Part shown: positions 18,089 to 26,466 of the stretch, in pieces
How the letters are laid out: each line of letters starts with the position of its first letter
How positions within the stretch are numbered: position 1 is the stretch's first letter
Origin: Methanopyrus kandleri AV19
GTDB lineage: Archaea > JAADCQ01 > Methanopyri > Methanopyrales > Methanopyraceae
Direction: 5' to 3'
Length of the DNA stretch: 32,000 bases
Assembly: GCF_000007185.1 (NCBI RefSeq)
Contig: NC_003551.1
Location: 270,001 to 302,000 of the forward strand
Program-made: the position numbers and the translations under genes
Notes under the pieces: generated by a model
Told to the model about the DNA's origin: nothing
The model's input: the letters and a program-made list of their open reading frames with translations, nothing else
The model's database searches: none

Positions 18089-19126
18089 CTAGGCGTCGTT
18101 TCGACGGCCCGCCAGCGGCACAGGTAGTAGTGGCAGTACCCAGAACGGGATCTTCGACGTCCCGCTCTCCCCATTCCTCTCCGGGAACAGGAACTCGACG
18201 TTCGGGTGCTCGCCCATCACTTTCTGGAGCTCCTTCTCGCTAGCACCCTGGCTGTACATCCCGATCACCTTCTCGACGAACCGTACCAGCGGATCGTCGT
18301 GTGATAGTTGGAAGCCTACCCAGAGGGGTTCCGCGCCGGAACGCGTGCGCAGTAAGTCCCCGGAGAACCCCTCGATCCCCTCACCTGGCGGCGTACCCCA
18401 CCTCGCCCTTAGCTCGCGCAGCTTCGAGACCAGCTCCGAGTCCGTACTCTCCCGACGGTCGACGAGGATCCTACCCTTCCTGAGGTCGAACGTCGCGTCG
18501 ATGACGAGCGCCAGGTCCTCGACCCCCTCCGGGAACCCCAGGATCCTCATGACCACCCGATCCGAGTACACCTCGTACTCGACGTCCACCGGATCGAACG
18601 ATCCCAAACCCTCCTCGTCGACCACCCGACCCCCGGCGCTCAAAGTGAGAACGTACTCGCACCGCGCCGGAGCCCCTAGCGCGGGGACGTTGGTGACGTA
18701 CCCGAAGCTACACACGTGGTCCCCGACCACGACGTCCAAGCCCAAGTTCGCCGAGGAACCCTCCGTCAACGGGCACTGGTTCACGCTCGCGATCACCGCC
18801 GGACCCTCCAAACGCTCCTCCACAGCGACGGGCCTCCCGCACGTCAGCGGGAGTACCACCCGAACGCGTCCCGGTTCGACCGACTCCTGCACCCTCGAGA
18901 ACGCGAACAGGTTCTCCTTGGGTAGGTAGATCACGTACCCCGCCGACTCCGAGTACTGCACGACGTCCACGATCACGTGTGGGTCGTCTTTCCACTTGGG
19001 TAGGACCCGTTTCTGGAAGTACTCGTGTAGGAATTCCAGGTCCTTCGAGAGGCTACCCTGGATTAACGGTTCTCCTGAGGCCGGGGTTAGTGCTAGAACT
19101 AGTCCTAGGACGAGGTAGGGGAGCAA
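18089..19126 (-). CDS. exported orphan protein with signal peptide and C-terminal hydrophobic anchor
   Basis: N-terminal MLPYLVLGLVLALTPASG. C-terminal IPFWVLPLLPVPLAGRRNDA. Confidence 0.7.
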   Translation of the reverse strand: MLPYLVLGLVLALTPASGEPLIQGSLSKDLEFLHEYFQKRVLPKWKDDPHVIVDVVQYSESAGYVIYLPKENLFAFSRVQESVEPGRVRVVLPLTCGRPVAVEERLEGPAVIASVNQCPLTEGSSANLGLDVVVGDHVCSFGYVTNVPALGAPARCEYVLTLSAGGRVVDEEGLGSFDPVDVEYEVYSDRVVMRILGFPEGVEDLALVIDATFDLRKGRILVDRRESTDSELVSKLRELRARWGTPPGEGIEGFSGDLLRTRSGAEPLWVGFQLSHDDPLVRFVEKVIGMYSQGASEKELQKVMGEHPNVEFLFPERNGESGTSKIPFWVLPLLPVPLAGRRNDA

Positions 19127-19141
19127 TGCCTCCGACCCCCC

Positions 19142-19297
19142 TCAGGTTGGTAGTGGGATTAGACCGGCCAGTTGTACCGCGAGCGTGACGACCTGGGCTA
19201 ATATGCTCAGGAAGGTCCCCAGGGTCCCGAGGAGGGTCGGCTGTAGTACCGAGAGACCCGCGAGCGCGAGCCCCACGACCGCCCCGAGGATACGCAT
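19142..19297 (-). CDS. 51-aa two-helix membrane protein (absent from the ORF track)
   Basis: ATG preceded by AAGGAG 9 nt upstream. MRILGAVVGLALAGLSVLQPTLLGTLGTFLSILAQVVTLAVQLAGLIPLPT. Hand-alignable to the C-terminus of ORF 25669..26193. Confidence 0.55.
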   Translation of the reverse strand: MRILGAVVGLALAGLSVLQPTLLGTLGTFLSILAQVVTLAVQLAGLIPLPT

Positions 19298-19371
19298 ACG
19301 ATTGGTCTCCTTGGACCGAGATTGTACCTGGGGAGGACAATGATATTGGAGGGAGACGAGTGTTCACGATT

Positions 19372-20214
19372 CTAATACTCCCTCCTGATCCCTAGGAGTG
19401 ACAGTACCGCCGCGAGCGCCGGTAACAGCGGGTTCACGGGCATCTTCTCGTTCGCCCACGCTCGCGTCAAATCTTCGATCTTCGTCGCGTGATCGTCCAC
19501 GAGGTGACCGAACGTCCCATGGGTAAGCTCTTCATCTACGGTTTTCTTCTTCCCGTACGGGCAAGTTTGCATATAATCATGTTCAGCATTTTTCAGGGGC
19601 GTGTGTTTCACGTGCGCCTGGAAGGTGATGTGGTAATCGCCCTTCTTATCGTGAACGATTACATCACCGTCTATCGAGTAGAGGAAATCGACTACCCACT
19701 GGTTCGATAGTTGTTCCGCGTGCTCCACCTTAGCACTGGGCCGGAAGGTTATCCCCACGGTTTTCCCGTCGATCGTCCGCACGACCCTGAGCGGTTCCTC
19801 CGGCCCCCACGTGCCGTTGGCGCTCCTCAGCTCGATAGTTCGGCCGTTGAACTCGATGATGACACCCTGCCCGGGGATTACGCGTATGAAGACCCTCTCG
19901 TCCAACAACAGCTGGTTCTTGTAGCGTACGGTCATCTTCACGATGAACCTGTCCACGGTACGGCTGAGGTGGTTCTCACTGACCTTCGTCTCTCCGAGGG
20001 CATCACACCTACCGTCCCAACAACAACTCGCGATCACGTACCCCTGATCGTCGTACACCTCGACGCCTACGAGCAGGTCCTTGCACGCCTCGTAATCGCC
20101 GTCGACGTTCACTTTAGACGTCACGTCGGTCACGTGGTCCGCGGCCGCTCCCGTCGGGACCACACTCACCAGCGCGATCAACGGGCCCAGCACAAGGGGA
20201 AACCCGCACCTCAT
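19372..20214 (-). CDS. exported Cys-rich orphan protein with C-terminal anchor
   Basis: The signal peptide MRCGFPLVLGPLIALVSVVPTGAAA starts at ATG 20214, behind GGGGGAGGGAAG. C-terminal NPLLPALAAVLSLLGIRREY. The ORF track extends to 20289. Confidence 0.7.
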   Translation of the reverse strand: MRCGFPLVLGPLIALVSVVPTGAAADHVTDVTSKVNVDGDYEACKDLLVGVEVYDDQGYVIASCCWDGRCDALGETKVSENHLSRTVDRFIVKMTVRYKNQLLLDERVFIRVIPGQGVIIEFNGRTIELRSANGTWGPEEPLRVVRTIDGKTVGITFRPSAKVEHAEQLSNQWVVDFLYSIDGDVIVHDKKGDYHITFQAHVKHTPLKNAEHDYMQTCPYGKKKTVDEELTHGTFGHLVDDHATKIEDLTRAWANEKMPVNPLLPALAAVLSLLGIRREY

Positions 20215-20660
20215 CTTCCCTCCCCCGTCAAGCGGGCCCATCGGCCGCACGCGCGGGCTGTCGTACCGGTCTTTTCGATAAGACATCATGGGTTATATCA
20301 CGTTTTAGATCGTTCCCAACCCGGGTTCCACACTTACGGCTTCCCGTCGGGCACCTGAGCGGGCGTCGCCGTCCCGATCGGATGATCCCCGAGTCCCGCT
20401 ACCGAAGCTCTCGCCGCCCCGTCGGACCGCGTCATTGTGATCACCTTCCTACCGGGCGAGGGACGCGTCCTCGTCCCCAGTACCGTAAACCGGGATCCCC
20501 GACTCCTGCGCCGTCTGACCGGGTTCGAGTGCGAAGCCCGCCCGTCCGGGTGAGCGTGCTAGGGATGTCCCTCGGGGCGCGACCACTGTACGTGCGTTAC
20601 GACCGTGTGAGAGGATTCCTCACCGTCGCCCCGACGTCGGGATGGCGAATTTGAGAAACC

Positions 20661-20702
20661 GTAATAGTATATAGGAAACGAATACGTCTGACATTTTAAT
20701 TC
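20661..20702. promoter_or_regulatory. AT-rich patch with TATA-like elements in the divergent spacer
   Basis: GTAATAGTATATAGG and CATTTTAATTC form the only AT-rich island in the 1.1 kb spacer. Direction is unknown. Confidence 0.3.
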
Positions 20703-20809
20703 GCGGCACGTTCGCGAAGGTCACACTCGGGACGCGGGGACGGCACTCGACCGGTTCCTCATCTCGGGGGCGACTCATCGGGCCGAAACCCTCCCCGAAG
20801 GAGCAACGC

Positions 20810-21202
20810 GTGGAATCCGTTTACACGTTCACGCTCTCCCTGTTCGGATGCCTCGACGTGACCTCGGTGGTGGGTCCCAGGCTCATGAAGGACTACGGGA
20901 AGAACCTGGCGGGGGAGTCTTTCCTCAACCGCTGTTGGAATCCGGGGTGTTCTTCAACTGCTCGAAGAGGAGTGCAAGTGGGTGGATCCGGACGAAGGGC
21001 TCGTGGAGTTGTATCGTCAGACCCACCCCAAGGGCGATCCCGCGGACGCCGAGCACGCAGCCGTCTGCCTACGAACCAAAACGGTATTGATCACCCTAGA
21101 CATTTCTCGGAGGTGGCGAGGGAGCTGAGGGGAGAAAGTTTAGCACTGAAACGGCGGACGCCGTTCGACTTCGAGTTCGATGTGCTCGAATGTAGAGGTT
21201 AA
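20810..21202 (+). pseudogene. possible decayed small gene whose coding signal jumps between frames
   Basis: AAGGAG sits 7 nt before GTG 20810. Coding-like segments are ESVYTFTLSLFGCLDV...ESFLNRCWNPG (frame A), VLQLLEEECKWVDPDEGLVELYRQTHPKGDPADAEHAAVCL (frame C), and IDHPRHFSEVARELRGESLALKRRTPFDFEFDVLE (frame A). Confidence 0.3.
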
Positions 21203-21416
21203 GGTTTAGGAGTAACGCTAGGCATGCTCTGAGGTTCGAGCTCTACCCATCAGAGCACCTCCGGGCAACCACGCAGGTACCATCTCAACACCGAATTCCA
21301 TTTCCGGTGCAGACCTTATGATGTGTTAATGCGTTTACGAATGCAGGAACCCTCCTACCGACTGGTGAGAACCCATCCCCATTCTCGACGTGACATCTTC
21401 CGAGGGGTCCGAAGCC

Positions 21417-22477
21417 ATGGTCCCGGCACCGCTCGCCCTCGTCCTCTCCACCCTCCTGACGGTTCAACCCGCGAACTCCCTACAATGGAAGGATTGCCCC
21501 TGGATCCAACTTGGACGCCTCTCCTGTGCTACGCAAGGACTAGCTGTGGATTACCCGTACGACCTGGCCGGAGACCACCTGCTGTTGGTCTCACCCCTTT
21601 GGCCGGAGGGTGATCACTACCGCGTGATCTTGGCGGCGTACGGGGTCGAGGAACTCCCGCTGCCCCTCGGGACGAGGGTTCACCGAGTGTTCGTGCCCTC
21701 CGAAGTCCGGCGGGTGCCCTGGAAGCTGTGGGAACAGATACCCGAGAGTCCGAGGCCGGCGACCTTCGGACCGTGGTCCGAGGTCCGGTATTCCCTGAGG
21801 GAATGGGGGTGTCCCCAGGGGTACGTGTTCGATCCGGACGAGTGGGATTGGAGCGAACTCCAATCCTCGCTCGAGCTGGCCGTCCTGCTCGAGCCCGAGC
21901 GGACCGTGGACGGTGTCTTCGCCGTCGAGGCGAGCCTGCCCGTGAGGGAGGACCGGATCGGGAAAGAGCGTTGGATCAGGCTCGCCCTGACCCCGGGCCG
22001 TTGGCTGGTACTGCTCGGTTGGACCGAGGATTTCGACGTGCGCACGCCGTGCAGGACGCTCTTCCGGGGGGCGCGCCCTACGACGAGGCCGAGTACGGGC
22101 TGGACGGCGTGAAACTCCGCTTCTGGGTCGCCGAGTACCTGTTGGACCTGGGAGGGCGGGCGAGGATACCACCGAGCGAGTACTACTCGAGCGTGGCGGG
22201 GTTGTTCGACTTCTTGAATGAGTTACCCGGTGGGTGGGAGTTCCGGCCCGGGTTACAGCACGAGCACCGGTTGTACTACGGGTACGGGGTACTGCTCGAG
22301 GTGCGGGCGGACCGATCGTTGATCGTCGAGTTCAAGGCGCCCGAAGCGGGAAAACGCTTCAGATCGGCCGATACCGTGGACCAGTGGTTCCTTTCAAGCC
22401 GATACATCGCCCGCCACAGCCACCTCCTGGAACCCCTGCGCAAAATCCTCAGAGGTTCGAGACCTGACGGAACGTAG
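21417..22477 (+). pseudogene. exported orphan protein, paralog of 24271..25311, interrupted by a frameshift in a G6 run
   Basis: Signal peptide MVPAPLALVLSTLLTVQPANS. ORFs 21390..22112 and 21728..22477 join at 22066-22071. One extra G would give TLFRGGAPYDEAEYGLDG, colinear with TVFRGRVPYNEVKYDLDG in the paralog. Confidence 0.65.
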
Positions 22478-22595
22478 GTTTCCTCCCGCTATTTCCCGCC
22501 GTCCCAACCCCGTCGCGCGGCGCGTCGACGACCGGTCATGTCCGCCTTCGCTTCAAAGTGTTAACAGTCCGTCCACGCCTCGAGATTTCCAAGAA

Positions 22596-22605
22596 CTTTA
22601 TTTTT
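22596..22605 (+). promoter_or_regulatory. candidate TATA box (CTTTATTTTT) for the transglutaminase-like gene
   Basis: About 36 nt upstream of ATG 22637. Confidence 0.4.
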
Positions 22606-22636
22606 CCACCAGAAAAGTGGGTTGGGTAGCATCGGG

Positions 22637-24210
22637 ATGAAGGTGAAAAGGGTGAGGATCGTCCCGGCCCTCACCCTCGGTGTTCTGGTCTTCGTGCCGA
22701 CCGGTGTCGATGCTCAATGCGGAGCCGAAGTGGTTTCAGTGGGTCGAGGGTTGTGATTGGGCTAAGTACCTCGCAACGCGGGATACACCGATCGTGGACT
22801 GGACAGGTGAGTTGATCGGCGAGAACTGGCGCGCGAACTGGGTCAGGGCCGCCAAGTACATACTATATTGCGCACCGTACAAAGGCGATTCCGTGGAGAA
22901 GGTAAGGCAAGCCTGGTACGGGAGCATCACGCTCGAAGGCCACGTACCCGACAAAGGCGCGCCCGCCAAGTTCGGAGAGGTAGACTGGAGCGACAAGAGA
23001 CCGGACATGCGTTACATTGGTCTCGCGTTTGACTACTTCGACCCTGTGTTCGACTTCCTCCACGTGCCGGAGGATCTGAGGAGAACCATGAGAAGGCTAG
23101 CCGAGCTGATGGTAGGGCTCGGAAAAGTTTCGGAGCGAGAGTACGCCGAGTCGATACTCAAAGATGAGTATATGCCTCCCAGGAGCGGGGAGCCCTCCAG
23201 GAGCAGGGAGTACGAGATACGTAACGGGCAGTACTGGTTACCTGGGGAGTGGTGTTGGATAACCCTGAACGGCACCTCGCTTTATGGTAAGGTAGCGAAA
23301 TCCCCGGCCCAACCGTTTCCGAACGCCGGTGAGGCTGAGAGGAAACTCATGAACAACAACCCGATGTTCCAGGCAGCCGTCCGACTAGCGTACTGGGTGG
23401 CCACGCACATACCGTTCATCGGGTGGTTCAACTGGTTCCCCCTCGCCGGGTACTGTGGCCACCTCAGCCCGATGTACTACGAGGGGCCGGCGGCGCCACT
23501 ACTCTTCCCGGATGAGGGTTGGGTGTGCACGGACCACGCAGTGCTCACGGTAGCCCTTTACCGGGCCGCGGGGATCCCGGGGTACGTCGGCGGTGAACTC
23601 GAACCGTTTGGAGATCACTCATGGACGGCCGTACGACGAAGGTAGCGGTTGGCACGAGATCTTCATCGACCCAACCGGGCCCATGATGCACAAACCTTGG
23701 AAGATCCGGGACAGCGTGGTACTAGTACCGAAACACAAACCGATGAACGACGATGAGTACGCTTGTGCGTCATCCCAGCGCCCGTACGACATGCTCAGTG
23801 AGGCCGTCCGCGACGCGATCTCACGGTTCGTTAGTCCGGAGACTATGGAAAGGTTGAAAATCGCTTGGGACGGGCTTAAGGGATTGAGTATAGGGTTGAT
23901 GATGGAGAGGTTCATCTACACGAACTTCCTCACGGCGCAGGGTGTATCTAAGCTCATTGACAAGCTGTTCTTCGGCGGGAATCTTGAGTTCGAGATCGGG
24001 AACTGGTTTGACAGAGTCCGCAGGTTCCCAGGATGGGACGCGAGTGAAGACGGCGTAGAACGACGGTGGCGTGCTTTCAAGAGCGAGTGGGCGAGGTGGA
24101 GAGTCAAGGAGAGGGAGCCCAAGAAGAGCCCGACGATCTGGGTGATCATCCTAGCGGGCTCACTCGCCCCGCTGGCTTGGTTCCGGGGCGCACGGGGGGT
24201 GATCCGGTGA
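22637..24210 (+). pseudogene. secreted transglutaminase-fold Cys-His-Asp protein with C-terminal anchor; two frame interruptions
   Basis: The signal peptide MKVKRVRIVPALTLGVLVFVPTGVDA is in frame 2 and the body from 22680 is in frame 0. Core motifs are GWVCTDHAVLTVALYRAAGIP (Cys 23526-28) and GDHSWTA (His 23616-18). After a +1 shift at about 23628-23632 comes YDEGSGWHEIFIDPTG (Asp 23668-70). C-terminal SPTIWVIILAGSLAPLAWFRGARGVIR. Confidence 0.7.
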
Positions 24211-24270
24211 TCCTCCTCGTCCTCACCGCTCTCCTAACCCTCCCATACGACGTGACGGCCCCTTTTACCC

Positions 24271-25311
24271 GTGGAAGCACCGTGGGTGATGGATCCAGAG
24301 CTTTACCAAAGCCATACCGTACAGTTCGAAGGTAGTGGTATCCCGCCCGCGAGACCGTCGGACCCCAACGCGTTCCAGGCCGATCGTTTCCTACTCGTGG
24401 CACCGCTCTGGAACGAGGAAGGGCGTCACCGCGTGATCATCGGTGCGTACCGTACCGAGACGGTACCTCTACCCGAGGACGCTAAGGTGTGCCGAGTACT
24501 GGTGCCGGATCGCGTGGAGGTCGTAGAAACGGATAACCCGTTCTCGGACGAGCGAGGGGATCCCGCCTGGGGAATTCTCAGTGCTCCAAGACACTTCAAG
24601 AAGCCCGTTCCGACGGGACCCTGGCACGAGGTGAAGTACACTTTGGAGGAGCATGATGGCATTCTGCTCATCAGGCCCGAGCGGACCGCGGACGACATCT
24701 TCGCCGCCGAGGCGGACTTACCCACGCGCGACGGGTGGGTCAGGATCGCCCTAACACCGGGGAACTGGTTGGTGTTACTGGGATGGTCCAAGGAGTTCAA
24801 CCTACTGACGGTCGACGGCAAGACCGTTTTCCGGGGACGAGTGCCCTACAACGAGGTCAAGTACGATCTGGATGGTGTAAGCATGGTCTTTTGGTACTGC
24901 GGATACGCAATCGACTTGAAGGGTTACAAATGGTTCAAAGACGTTTTCAACTCTGGGACATCTCGGGAATGCTGGCTTATGTTACATTACATAGATAATT
25001 TGGTGTCATCAAAAAGTAATAAAGCCAGCACGGACATTCTTAACTTTCATCCTTTGTTGCAATATAAGATAGGAATTCTATATGGACCAGGGATAATTTT
25101 GAGAATTAATACTAGAAATCCGATAATTATCGAGTTTAAAGCGCCGAAACCTAGGGATTACATTAAGTATGGATATAAAGAATTTTACTCAGATAAGTAT
25201 TGGAGTAATTCCCTAAGTCCATTAGAAGTTATTGTAAGTCAGATATTGTACGGTGTAATATGTCCAGTAATAACTCCGCCGATCCTATTAATACACAGAA
25301 GGCGTCGCTAG
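24271..25311 (+). CDS. orphan surface protein (paralog of 21417..22477) with C-terminal anchor; 3' third encoded in low-GC DNA
   Basis: About half the residues are identical to the paralog in hand-aligned blocks (FLLVAPLW, RVIIGAY, VPLP, IALTPGNWLVLLGW, IIEFKAP). C-terminal CPVITPPILLIHRRRR. A likely signal peptide is out of frame upstream (GTG 24207). Confidence 0.7.
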   Translation: MEAPWVMDPELYQSHTVQFEGSGIPPARPSDPNAFQADRFLLVAPLWNEEGRHRVIIGAYRTETVPLPEDAKVCRVLVPDRVEVVETDNPFSDERGDPAWGILSAPRHFKKPVPTGPWHEVKYTLEEHDGILLIRPERTADDIFAAEADLPTRDGWVRIALTPGNWLVLLGWSKEFNLLTVDGKTVFRGRVPYNEVKYDLDGVSMVFWYCGYAIDLKGYKWFKDVFNSGTSRECWLMLHYIDNLVSSKSNKASTDILNFHPLLQYKIGILYGPGIILRINTRNPIIIEFKAPKPRDYIKYGYKEFYSDKYWSNSLSPLEVIVSQILYGVICPVITPPILLIHRRRR

Positions 25312-25630
25312 AGACGGGGGTGCGAAGTGATGTTACGACTAGCGTTAACTACGGATATAGTAGCCCTTACGGTAGTTTTAGGTACCCACGCTTCCCCCGT
25401 TGATGACTGCATTAAGCTACATAACAATACACTCTCTAGGGTCGATGAAATTCATAATAAGCTGAATAATTTGTTAAATAAACTGGAAGAGTGTGAGAAA
25501 AAGAACGTTGACCTATCGAGTGAAAAGCATGATATACGTTTGTCCTTGAAGTACCTTGAGGAAGCTAAAGAAGTACTCTCTAGGGATAGAAGTAACTTAG
25601 AATAGTCGAAATCTAAGTATAATTCTATTA
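24960..25630. other. low-GC tract (about 28-35% GC by hand count) spanning the 3' end of one gene, the spacer, and the 5' end of the next
   Basis: Lines 24961, 25021, 25081 and 25561 count 20, 21, 17 and 20 G+C per 60 nt. Flanking lines are 50-65% or higher. Confidence 0.8.
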
Positions 25631-26193
25631 AGGATGGTGATCGAAAGGAGCGTCTTCTGGCGGAGATCATGGACGGTAGCAGCGGTCTCAGCATGTGTTT
25701 TCACCTCGTCCATGAGATCGGTAGGAAGTTGGATGATGTGGAGGATATCGTTGACGACGCGATCAGGTTGTGTGATGAGTTCTTGCAGGATAAGTTGGAC
25801 GTTGACGAGTTTAAGAAGAGATTGGATGATATGCTGACGCGCGGTGGGGGTATCGTGGGGAACTCGGGGGACGTGAAGGACGCGGCCTACTCGATCGAGC
25901 AGGCGGTCGAGGCCACCGTCGCTCGGGTGAGCGATCTACTGGAGAAGTGGTCCAGGGAGGACGAGTCGAAGGCTCGGTACGAGCGGTTGAAGGATAAGCT
26001 CGAGGGGCTACGCGGGTGGGTGTTCGGCGGTCTGGCACTCTCGCTGCTCGCAGGCGTCCTAGTACAACTGGCACCGCAGGAGGCCAAGACGACACTGTTG
26101 CAGGCGTTGAGCGCGATCACCCAGGTACTCGCGGTAGTACTACAGCTGGTCCAGGTGCTCCACGGGCTGCTACCGGTACCGATCTCGGCCTGA
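25330..26193 (+). pseudogene. signal/anchor + long coiled-coil + C-terminal membrane hairpin protein, interrupted by one in-frame TAG
   Basis: ORFs 25327..25605 and 25669..26193 are in the same frame and are separated only by TAG 25603-25605. GGGGGTG SD lies 7 nt before ATG 25330. Confidence 0.6.
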
Positions 26194-26407
26194 AACCGCC
26201 CACGCTCCCCTCACTTTCCCGTTAACCGCCGTGAGGGCTCGGACGTCCCCTATGGGATGCCCGATCCACACCGACCGAGCGTCACGCGGACACCCGACGG
26301 AGGTCACGTCGGAAGCGGAATCTCCGTACGAGATCCGGCCGAGCGGTTGCGTCTTCCGCATACGAGCACTGATAAGCCTTCCCATCGCCCCCGTCCCGAC
26401 AACCCGA

Positions 26408-26416
26408 TTTATAATA
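26408..26416 (+). promoter_or_regulatory. TATA box TTTATAATA for the polyferredoxin gene
   Basis: Strong archaeal TATA consensus about 50 nt upstream of ATG 26467. A GGGGGA SD-like run lies in between. Confidence 0.5.
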
Positions 26417-26466
26417 GCCGGCGTCGGAACAACGAGACGAACGCGATTTACTTGGGGGAAACACAC

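Noticed and set aside
25603-25605. In-frame TAG as a pyrrolysine codon
   Set aside because: Pyl decoding is known only from Methanosarcinales and a few other lineages, not Methanopyrus. There are no pyl genes in the window. A nonsense mutation or a recombination scar is more parsimonious.
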